Translations under genes and position numbers: made by a program
NCBI GenBank assembly: GCA_965208505.1
Contig: OZ242339.1
Coordinates: forward strand, 2,523,162-2,587,161
Length of the DNA: 64,000 nucleotides
Source: Acidimicrobiales bacterium
GTDB lineage: Bacteria; Actinomycetota; Acidimicrobiia; Acidimicrobiales; Bin134
Direction: 5' to 3'
Part shown: positions 9,573-17,622 of the stretch, one piece after another
Numbering within the stretch: position 1 is the stretch's first letter
How the letters are laid out: each line of letters begins with the position of its first letter
Notes under the pieces: generated by a model
The model's database searches: none
Told to the model about the DNA's origin: nothing
What the model saw: only the letters and a program-made list of their open reading frames with translations

Positions 9573-10118
9573 ATGCGCCGGGCACAAGTGTTGGTAGTGG
9601 TGCTGATGTTGGCCGTGTTGGGCGCGGCCTGCGGCGGTGGAGGGGGAACAAGCTCGGAGGAGCGCCCGATAGGCGCCGACTCCGAAGACCTGGTTACCCC
9701 CACCGTCGAGATCCAGGTCCCGACCCCGCCCCCGACCCCCACACCGACTTCAACCCCAGAGGCGTTCATCTACGTAGTACGGGAGGGCGACACGCTGGGC
9801 AGCATCGCCGACGAGTTCGGCATCACATGGCAGGAGATCGACGCGGTCAACGAACTGGAGAATCCCAATGTCTTGAGCATCGGCCAAGAGATCGAGATTC
9901 CCCAAGACGCGCCGGTAGTGCTCAACAGCGACGGGACCGTCCGTCCCGGCGAGCGCACCCACATCGTGGTGGAAGGGGACACCCTGCTAGACATCGCCCT
10001 CCAGTACGGCAAGACGCTGGGTGAAGTCCTTGAGGCCAACAACATCACCGCGGCCAACCTGATCCAGGTGGGCCAAGAGCTCATCATCCCGCCCGAGGAG
10101 GAAGAGGGCACTCCCTAG
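9573..10118 (+). CDS. LysM-domain lipoprotein (two LysM repeats)
   Basis: ATG 9573 with GGAGG 7 nt upstream. Signal peptide with lipobox 'LGAAC', a Pro/Thr linker, then two LysM repeats ('YVVREGDTLGSIADEFG...' and 'HIVVEGDTLLDIALQYG...'). Confidence 0.8.
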   Translation: MRRAQVLVVVLMLAVLGAACGGGGGTSSEERPIGADSEDLVTPTVEIQVPTPPPTPTPTSTPEAFIYVVREGDTLGSIADEFGITWQEIDAVNELENPNVLSIGQEIEIPQDAPVVLNSDGTVRPGERTHIVVEGDTLLDIALQYGKTLGEVLEANNITAANLIQVGQELIIPPEEEEGTP

Positions 10119-10194
10119 CTCGGCCCAATGTCCCAGCCGCCGGCTGAGGGGCAAGCTGTGGATATCCACTATTCCGGCTGACCGCGCTTCTAGT

Positions 10195-10401
10195 GTGGGT
10201 CGCATGGCCGCTCCGGCTCGCACATGGCTATTCGCGCCAAAGGCAAGACGCAAAGCCACGATGTGGTGTCCTCGGTGTGATGTCACCTGGTGGGGTACCG
10301 CTCGCGACACCTGCTGGTCGTGTCGCCAGCACACCGCCACCACCCCAGCCCCGACCGCCAATGTCCGCGTGCTTGCATCCAGCACGGTCGGCGAGTCGTG
10401 A
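10195..10401 (+). CDS. small zinc-ribbon protein (CxxC...CxxC)
   Basis: Contains 'CPRCDVTWWGTARDTCWSC'. Possible starts are GTG 10195, ATG 10204 and ATG 10261. The TGA at 10399-10401 overlaps the GTG of the next ORF (GTGA). Confidence 0.4.
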   Translation: MGRMAAPARTWLFAPKARRKATMWCPRCDVTWWGTARDTCWSCRQHTATTPAPTANVRVLASSTVGES

Positions 10402-11348
10402 GCGCTGGGCTTGCCATTCCAGCAATCATCATCCTGGGTTGCGCTCTGCTTGCTGGCATCGTGGCCATGGCTACCCGCAAGAAGCGAGCGCTATGGGACA
10501 TCTTCCCCGGCCCAGTTCCCGAGCCTGATGCTGAAACTGTCCTGAACAGACCCGAGCTATTCGACATAGGGGCCGAGTATTCCTCGCCAGAAGGTGACTC
10601 CACCGACGATGCTGCTGACAACGCGAAGCCGACGCTCGAGTTGGTCGATAGCCCAGCAGAGGACTCCCCAGCCGTCGTGGACATCTCCCGTTCCAGCCAA
10701 GAAATCCTGGGGCTATGGCACCGGCGTTTCGAGGAGACAGTGTCAACCTGGATCGAGAATCACCAGGAAGTGCTGGCCAATATCAGCGCATCAGGACTCC
10801 AAGTCGATCTGGGCGAGCGTGACGAGCACTTGGCCGGGCATGAAAAGCTGGCCCCGAAGATGCGAGAGGCCATCGCCAGCCATCCCTCACCGGTGATGAG
10901 AGCCGAACTGAGCGCCATGCACGTAGCCGGAGAGGCGACGGCGTTCGCGGTGTTCAAGGGCGACTATGAGACCGCCCGTCGCCAACACCTCATCTACGTG
11001 CAGTACCGGGATGAATGGATTGAGCGGCTCCGCCAGTTCTCCGAAGAGCCCATGAGCAACTTGCGAGCGGTCATGAACACCGACGAGTTCGAGTTGGAGG
11101 AGATCCGTGCCGCGCTGGAAACCGCACTGATCGAAACCGAGGAACCCGAAGATTCCGAGCCCCACTTCGAGGCTCCGATATTGGTTAGAGAAGACTCGGA
11201 CACAGCTATCCACTTCGAAGACCATCCGACCGAAACCCTCGAGGTGGTCGGCACCCCCGAAGACACCACCGCGGACCTCGAAGGCGGTCACCTCCGCCGC
11301 CTCCGCCGCCGCCTGTTCGCCCCCAAGACCCCCCAAGACGAGGTTTAG
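10398..11348 (+). CDS. membrane-anchored acidic hypothetical protein
   Basis: GTG 10398 is followed directly by a hydrophobic segment 'AGLAIPAIIILGCALLAGIVAMA', then about 290 aa rich in Asp/Glu. The part of the ORF-track reading upstream of the GTG overlaps the zinc-ribbon ORF. Confidence 0.55.
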   Translation: MSAGLAIPAIIILGCALLAGIVAMATRKKRALWDIFPGPVPEPDAETVLNRPELFDIGAEYSSPEGDSTDDAADNAKPTLELVDSPAEDSPAVVDISRSSQEILGLWHRRFEETVSTWIENHQEVLANISASGLQVDLGERDEHLAGHEKLAPKMREAIASHPSPVMRAELSAMHVAGEATAFAVFKGDYETARRQHLIYVQYRDEWIERLRQFSEEPMSNLRAVMNTDEFELEEIRAALETALIETEEPEDSEPHFEAPILVREDSDTAIHFEDHPTETLEVVGTPEDTTADLEGGHLRRLRRRLFAPKTPQDEV

Positions 11349-11360
11349 CAAACCAAGCCG

Positions 11361-13319
11361 CTACACCAAGTCGGGATCACAGATGACTTCGACGAGGGCG
11401 GGGCCAGGGTGCGAGAGGGCGGTTTGAAGGGCATCGTCGAGTTGGTCCAAAAGAGTTACTTGGAGACCGAGGGCGCCGCAGAGGTTGGCGTAGGCCGCGA
11501 AGTCGGGGTTGTGGAGGGCGGTCTGCCACACATCCCAGTGGCCGGCCCGCTGCTCTTTGGAGATTTTTCCCAGCTGGGAGTTGTTCAACAGCACGTGGGT
11601 GATGCCCATGCCGTATTTCACCGCGGTGGTCAGCTCCATGGCGTATTGGCCGAACCCGCCGTCGCCGCTGACGCTGACGATCGGGCGGCGGTCGCCCACT
11701 GCGGCCCATGCCCCCATCGCCGCCGGAAAGCCGAATCCGATCGATCCCAGATAGCCCGACATGAGCACCGACTGGGCCTGGGTCTCGAAATACCGGCCGA
11801 AGGAGTAGGTGTTGTTGCCCACGTCCACCGCGATCACCGCATCGGTTGGGCACAGCCGGCTCATCGAGTCGAACACCGCGGCAGAATTGACCCCTCGGCC
11901 CCGGTTGTCGACCAGCCGGGACGCCTTCTCTCGCCGCCAAATGGCCCACCGCTCAGCCACCTCGGCCCGGTGGTCACCGCACGAAGCTCCAGCGGCCAGC
12001 CGATCAGCCAGCGCTCGGGCGGTCACCCCGACATGGCCCAGCACCGGCACGTCCACCGGATGGAACCGACCCAGCGCCATCGGGTCGTAGTCCACCTGCA
12101 CGATGGGCTTGTAGGGGGCGATCCCGGTGTGGTTGGAGAACGACGCTCCAAAGGCCACGATCAAGTCGCTCTCGTTCATGAACCAGCTGGCGATGGGCGT
12201 TCCCGAGCGTCCCATCACCCCGCAGCCCAGTGGGTGGTGGTCGCTGATCTGGCCCTTGGCCTTGAACGTGGTGGCCACCGGCACACCCAGTTGCTCGGCC
12301 AGGGCCACCACCTCGGCCGTGTCGAAGCGGGTCCCCGCGCCCAGCACGAACAGGGGACGTTCGGCGGCCGCGATGGCTGCCACCGCGGCGTCAAGCGCCT
12401 CGGGGGACGGGGGCATCTCAGGACGAACCAGCCTCCCCTCGGGGCCGCCCGACGCGGCACCATCGGCTGAGGGTTGCACCTGCACCTCGTCGGGCAGTAC
12501 CAACAGGGACACGTCGCGCTGCACCAGCGCGGTCTTGCAGGCCAAGTTGGCCAGCTCGGCGTGGTCTGACCGGGCCGACACAGTCTGGTTGTAGGCAGCC
12601 ACATCGGCAAACGCCCCCTCCAAGTCCACGTCTTGGAATGCGCCCCGGCCTCGAACCGACGAGGGCACCTGGCCGCACAGAGCCAGCACCGGGGCCCGGT
12701 CTACCTTGGCGTCGTACAGCCCCGTCATCAAGTTGGTAGACCCTGGTCCGGCGATGGCGAAGCATGCGGCCAGCTCGCCGGTGAGCTTGCCGTAGGCGGC
12801 GGCTGCGAATGAGGCCGCCCCCTCGTGGCGGATGCCGAAAAAGCGCAGGTCGCCTCTTCGCTCGGCTTCTCGCAGCGCGTCGGCGAATCCCAGGTTGGAG
12901 TGGCCCACCATCCCGAACACGGCCTGCACACCCCAGTTCACCAGGGTCTCGACCATCACGTCCGACACTGTGCGCACCCGGGCCGCCTCGGCCGGCAGCG
13001 CCACGTACACTCCGTCGTCGCGCTCCTGCACCGGGTAGCAGGCGGGGGCGTCGTCGAACCCCTCCGGCGGGGAGCCGTCGAGAGGGTTGTAGTCGTAGCC
13101 ATGCCACGGACAACGCAGCCAGCCGTTCTCAATCGACCCCTCCCCCAACGGCCCGCCCTGATGGGGACAGCGATTGTCCAAGGCGCCGTAGGCCCCCTGA
13201 TAGCAGGAGACGGCCAAGCTGTGGCGTCCTACAGTGACGGTGCGAACCCGCCCCTCAGGCAGCTCACCGAACTCCAGGATCTTGTGCCATCCGCCAGATC
13301 GAGTCTTGTCTTGCATCAA
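11361..13319 (-). CDS. Rieske [2Fe-2S] domain fused to a thiamine-diphosphate enzyme (pyruvate oxidase/acetolactate synthase-like)
   Basis: N-terminal 'CPHQGGPL...CPWHGYDY' Rieske ligands, followed by TPP-enzyme Pyr, central and PP domains ('GIRHEGAASFAAAAYGKLTG', 'SGDGGFGQYAMELTTAVKY...LLNN'). Confidence 0.8.
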   Translation of the reverse strand: MMQDKTRSGGWHKILEFGELPEGRVRTVTVGRHSLAVSCYQGAYGALDNRCPHQGGPLGEGSIENGWLRCPWHGYDYNPLDGSPPEGFDDAPACYPVQERDDGVYVALPAEAARVRTVSDVMVETLVNWGVQAVFGMVGHSNLGFADALREAERRGDLRFFGIRHEGAASFAAAAYGKLTGELAACFAIAGPGSTNLMTGLYDAKVDRAPVLALCGQVPSSVRGRGAFQDVDLEGAFADVAAYNQTVSARSDHAELANLACKTALVQRDVSLLVLPDEVQVQPSADGAASGGPEGRLVRPEMPPSPEALDAAVAAIAAAERPLFVLGAGTRFDTAEVVALAEQLGVPVATTFKAKGQISDHHPLGCGVMGRSGTPIASWFMNESDLIVAFGASFSNHTGIAPYKPIVQVDYDPMALGRFHPVDVPVLGHVGVTARALADRLAAGASCGDHRAEVAERWAIWRREKASRLVDNRGRGVNSAAVFDSMSRLCPTDAVIAVDVGNNTYSFGRYFETQAQSVLMSGYLGSIGFGFPAAMGAWAAVGDRRPIVSVSGDGGFGQYAMELTTAVKYGMGITHVLLNNSQLGKISKEQRAGHWDVWQTALHNPDFAAYANLCGALGLQVTLLDQLDDALQTALSHPGPALVEVICDPDLV

Positions 13320-13452
13320 TAGAACCCTACGCCTCCCGATGGCGATTTCGATGGGCAGGAAATAATCCAGACCTCTTTAGTCAGGTATTGCCGCGGCGGA
13401 TAGGGTAGACAAGACTTCTTCCCACAAATCTCAGTTCAACAAGGAGCCTCAA

Positions 13453-14082
13453 ATGGCTATTCGACTGGGCGACACCGCCCCTGATTTCACCGCCGACACC
13501 ACTGAAGGAACCATCTCCTTCCACGAGTGGAAGGGCGACTCCTGGGCGGTGCTTTTCTCCCATCCCAAGGACTTCACCCCGGTATGCACCACCGAACTGG
13601 GCTACACGGCCCGGCTGGCCGAGCAGTTTGCCGCCCGCGATGTGAAGGTCATCGGCCTGTCGTGCGACACGGTGGATGACCACGTCGCCTGGTCGCAGGA
13701 CATCGAGGACACCCAAGGCATCCGTCCTAACTTCCCGATGATCGGAGATGCCGATCGCGCGGTGGCCGACCTCTACGACATGATCCACCCCAACGCCAGC
13801 GACACCATGACGGTGCGCTCGGTGTTCGTGATCGGCCCCGACAACACGGTCAAGCTCACCATCACCTACCCGGCCAGCACTGGTCGAAACTTCGACGAGG
13901 TGCTGCGGGTAGTCGACTCGCTCCAGCTCACCGCGACCAAGAAGGTTGCCACGCCGGTGAACTGGCAGCACGGCGATGACGTAATCATCGTGCCCGCCCT
14001 CTCCAACGAAGAGGCCGCGGAGCTCTTCCCCGACGGCTGGGACGAGCAAAAGCCCTACCTTCGTGTAGTCTCCCAGCCATAA
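13453..14082 (+). CDS. 1-Cys peroxiredoxin (Prx6-like)
   Basis: 209 aa with 'FSHPKDFTPVCTTEL' peroxidatic Cys motif. AAGGAG lies upstream of the ATG. Confidence 0.9.
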   Translation: MAIRLGDTAPDFTADTTEGTISFHEWKGDSWAVLFSHPKDFTPVCTTELGYTARLAEQFAARDVKVIGLSCDTVDDHVAWSQDIEDTQGIRPNFPMIGDADRAVADLYDMIHPNASDTMTVRSVFVIGPDNTVKLTITYPASTGRNFDEVLRVVDSLQLTATKKVATPVNWQHGDDVIIVPALSNEEAAELFPDGWDEQKPYLRVVSQP

Positions 14083-14086
14083 ATTT

Positions 14087-14111
14087 CAGTATTTCCACCA
14101 AGGAAATACTG
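14087..14111 (+). terminator. perfect 10-bp stem hairpin directly after the peroxiredoxin stop (terminator or operator)
   Basis: CAGTATTTCC-accaa-GGAAATACTG. The stem is AT-rich in a GC-rich genome and has no U-tract. Confidence 0.4.
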
Positions 14112-14137
14112 GCCTACTCCGAAGGGGTGCTATCTCC

Positions 14138-14968
14138 ATGAGCGACGCGTCCACTCTGGCCACCGACATCATGGCCGCTGCCCGAGCAGTGGGAGCGATG
14201 AAAGTCTACGGGGCGGGGGAGACCGAAGTCAGAGCCCTCGACGGGGTGGACATCACCTTCGAACAAGGCAAGTTCACCGCCATCATGGGCCCGTCGGGTT
14301 CGGGAAAGTCCACGCTCATGCACTGCATGGCCGCTCTCGACAATCTCACCGAAGGCCAGGCCTTCATCGGCGACACCGACCTGAGCACCCTCACCGATAG
14401 AGAACTCACCATGCTGCGCCGCGATCGGCTGGGGTTCATCTTCCAAGCGTTCAACCTGATCCCCACGCTGAACGCCATCGAGAACATCACCCTGCCCATG
14501 GACCTGGCTCGTCGCGAGCCCAACCAAGAGTGGGTCGACAGCGTGATCGACACCGTGGGGCTGAGAGATCGACTGACCCACCGGCCCAATGAGCTGTCGG
14601 GAGGCCAGCAGCAGCGGGTGGCGGTTTCGAGAGCACTGGCCAGCCAGCCGGAGATCATCTTTGCCGACGAACCGACCGGGAACCTCGATTCCCGGTCGGG
14701 TAACGACGTGCTGAAGTTCATGCGCGATGCGGTCGACGATTTGGGCCAGACCATCGTGATGGTCACCCACGACGCAAAAGCGGCATCGTATGCCGACCGG
14801 ACGGTGTTTTTGGCCGACGGCCTTCTCCAAGGCGAGATGCTCAACCCCACCGCCGATCAGATCCTCGACTACATGAAGATCCTGCAAGTGGGCCAGTTCG
14901 TTCGGGGCATACCAGAGGGGGCCACCATGGAAGAAGTGCTCGAATACATTAAGGACTTGGACGACTGA
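14138..14968 (+). CDS. ABC transporter ATP-binding protein (MacB/LolD/FtsE-like)
   Basis: Walker A 'GPSGSGKST', signature 'LSGGQQQRVAVSRAL', Walker B 'IIFADEPTGNLD', plus a C-terminal extension of about 50 aa. Confidence 0.9.
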   Translation: MSDASTLATDIMAAARAVGAMKVYGAGETEVRALDGVDITFEQGKFTAIMGPSGSGKSTLMHCMAALDNLTEGQAFIGDTDLSTLTDRELTMLRRDRLGFIFQAFNLIPTLNAIENITLPMDLARREPNQEWVDSVIDTVGLRDRLTHRPNELSGGQQQRVAVSRALASQPEIIFADEPTGNLDSRSGNDVLKFMRDAVDDLGQTIVMVTHDAKAASYADRTVFLADGLLQGEMLNPTADQILDYMKILQVGQFVRGIPEGATMEEVLEYIKDLDD

Positions 14969-15024
14969 GTTTGGACACCGCAAGGTCACCTTCTCTTCGA
15001 CACTCGTGATCTGGTAGTCAGCCA

Positions 15025-17619
15025 ATGACACTCCTGCGGTACAGCCTCCGAAGCATCGCCGGTGTCAAGGTCCGCTTCGCCCTCACCACCCTGGCGGTGA
15101 TCGTCGGCGTGGCTCTCACTGTCGGCGTGCTGATCTCCACCGACGGCCTCCGCGCTTCCCTCAACAGCCTGTCGGTCAAGATCTACGAAAAGTACGACTT
15201 CACCGTCCGAGCCAAGTCCGACGTCGGCGAGCGCAACGAGGGTGTGCCCCTGCTTCCGATGTCGTTGAGCGATGAGCTCATGTCGATTGACGGGGTGGAG
15301 GTAGTCACAGGTTTGGCGCAGGAATTCAACGTCGTGGCCATCGACGGCGACGGCAAGGCCGTGGACCCCGGCCAAGGCAGACAAATGGGATACGGCTGGC
15401 CGGAAGCCGAGGAGCTGACCACGGTCTACCCCTATCCAGACGGGGTCAGCCGCCGTCCCGTCGGACCCGACGAATTCGTCATCGACCACTTCACCGGCCG
15501 GGAGAACGGCTTCGTCATCGGCCAGCGATACGAAGTGGCCACTCCCGCCGGCACCAGGGAATTCGAGCTAGTCGGCTACATGTACTTCCTCGATCCCGAG
15601 ACCCGCATCGCGCTTCAGACAGTCTCCTGGGACATGCCTACCGCCCGGCGGCTCTTGCACGATGGCAGCGGCTACGACCTCATTCACGGGAAGCTGTCGC
15701 CAGGGGCAACGTACGATGAGGTGTCCGCAGCGATCAGTGCCCGCCTCGGCCCCGGCATCGAAGTCGTCTCCCAACAGGAACAGATCGAAGAGAGCAACGC
15801 GGAGTTCGACAGCAACATCAACCTGATGCGGAACCTCTTGTTGGCTTTCGCCGTCATCGTTTTGATCATCTCGTCGTTTATCACTTACAACACCTTCACC
15901 CTGGTTATGGGCCAGCGCATCAGGGAGTTGGGACTGCTGCGGGTTCTGGGCGCCGGTCGGCAGCAAGTGGCCCGAGTCGTGGGTTTCGAAGCCCTGTTGG
16001 TCGGGATCGTGGCCACAATCTTGGGGTTTGGTCTTGGCATCTTGGTGTCTCTGGGCATACGCAGTGCACTGGACAGCGCCGGTGCTCACCTTCCCGAATC
16101 CGATGTGATCATCGGTGGGTGGACGGTTGTTGCCGCCGTGGTCATCGGCATAGGCGTCACCATGATCACCGCCATCTGGCCAGCTATGCGGGCCCGCCGG
16201 GTGACGCCCATGGTGGCGCTGGCCGACGACGCCGAGATCGACCCCTTCAACCGGCGTCGCGCGTTGCTTGTGGGGGGGGCCGTCAGCGGGGCGGGAGTCA
16301 TTCTGCTGCTAATTGGCCTGTTTTCCGACCTTCCCTCCTCCGAACTCGTTCTTCCCCTCGGCCTCGGAGCGCTGCTGATGCTGCTGGGGGTCAACATCGC
16401 GACCCCGTCGGCAGCCCGGTCGATGTCGATGGTTCTGGGGTGGCCGGCCGACCGGCTGTTCACCGTCAACGGGCGGTTGGCCCGGCTGAACGCGGCCCGA
16501 AACCCCCGCCGCACGGCCACAACCGCCTCAGCGCTCATGATCGGGCTGGCCATGGTGTCGCTGGTCACCGTGCTGGGGACTTCCTTCAAGCAGACCCTGA
16601 ACAGCCAGCTTAAGGACTCCGTCCAGGCTGATTGGCTTGTCTGCACCGGCACTTGCAACACCGACCAGGGAGGGCTCGCCACGCAACTTGGAGCGTTCAG
16701 CCCGGAGGCTGCTGAGATCTTGTCGGCGATGCCCGAGTTGGAATCGGCAATGGCCTTCCAGTTCCGCGCCGACGGAGTGCGCACTACCGATGGCGAACAG
16801 CGCCGGGCGACCGCAACCGTGCTCAACTCGTTCTCCCGTCATGTCAGCCCGGACATCGTTGCCGGCAGCTTGGAGGCAGCCGGCCCCGGCGATGTGCTCG
16901 TCTACAAGGACTTGGCCGATGATCTGGACGTCGGTGTGGGCGACCGCATCGACCTGGAGTTCCCCGGCAAGCAAATCATCTCCTTCGACGTCGTGGCCCT
17001 TCACACCGAGAAGTCTGTTGTCGGCCCCTTGGTGATTGATTCCCGCGACTGGGCCGACCTCGGGCTAAGCCCCCAAGTCAACCTGGTGACGGCAACAACC
17101 GACCCGGGTTACACACCGGAGCAGGCTCGGTCCAGCATGGAATCCCGCCTTTCCGGGTTCCCCCAAGTCAAGGTGAAGGACCAAGCCGAATACCGGGAGT
17201 CCAGGGCCGCCGAAATCGACACCTTGCTGATCATCATCAACGTGTTCTTGGCGATCGCGCTGCTCATCGCCGTGGTGGGCATCGCCAACACCATGGCTTT
17301 GTCGATATTCGAACGGACCCGGGAAGTGGGCCTCCTGCGGGCCATCGGCACGGCCAAGCCCCAAGTCTGGGGAGCAATCTTCTTGGAGAGCATCATCGTG
17401 TCCGTTTTCGGGGGGCTGATCGGAGTCGCTACCGGCGTGGTCGCCGGCTCACTCGCGGCGGCCGCCTTCCCTAACGACTTGATCGCCAGCCCGTCGGTGC
17501 CATGGTTGACGCTGGTGATCTACGTGGTGGTGTCGGCCGTGGCCGGAATGCTGGCCGCCTTTTTCCCCGCCCGGCGGGCCAACCGCCTAAATGTGCTAGA
17601 GGCCATCGCGCACCAGTAA
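15025..17619 (+). CDS. ABC transporter permease, double FtsX/MacB-type (864 aa)
   Basis: Two FtsX-like 4-TM modules, each followed by 'RxREhGhLRAhGA' ('RIRELGLLRVLGAG', 'RTREVGLLRAIGTA'), and large extracytoplasmic domains. Confidence 0.85.
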   Translation: MTLLRYSLRSIAGVKVRFALTTLAVIVGVALTVGVLISTDGLRASLNSLSVKIYEKYDFTVRAKSDVGERNEGVPLLPMSLSDELMSIDGVEVVTGLAQEFNVVAIDGDGKAVDPGQGRQMGYGWPEAEELTTVYPYPDGVSRRPVGPDEFVIDHFTGRENGFVIGQRYEVATPAGTREFELVGYMYFLDPETRIALQTVSWDMPTARRLLHDGSGYDLIHGKLSPGATYDEVSAAISARLGPGIEVVSQQEQIEESNAEFDSNINLMRNLLLAFAVIVLIISSFITYNTFTLVMGQRIRELGLLRVLGAGRQQVARVVGFEALLVGIVATILGFGLGILVSLGIRSALDSAGAHLPESDVIIGGWTVVAAVVIGIGVTMITAIWPAMRARRVTPMVALADDAEIDPFNRRRALLVGGAVSGAGVILLLIGLFSDLPSSELVLPLGLGALLMLLGVNIATPSAARSMSMVLGWPADRLFTVNGRLARLNAARNPRRTATTASALMIGLAMVSLVTVLGTSFKQTLNSQLKDSVQADWLVCTGTCNTDQGGLATQLGAFSPEAAEILSAMPELESAMAFQFRADGVRTTDGEQRRATATVLNSFSRHVSPDIVAGSLEAAGPGDVLVYKDLADDLDVGVGDRIDLEFPGKQIISFDVVALHTEKSVVGPLVIDSRDWADLGLSPQVNLVTATTDPGYTPEQARSSMESRLSGFPQVKVKDQAEYRESRAAEIDTLLIIINVFLAIALLIAVVGIANTMALSIFERTREVGLLRAIGTAKPQVWGAIFLESIIVSVFGGLIGVATGVVAGSLAAAAFPNDLIASPSVPWLTLVIYVVVSAVAGMLAAFFPARRANRLNVLEAIAHQ

Positions 17620-17622
17620 GAA

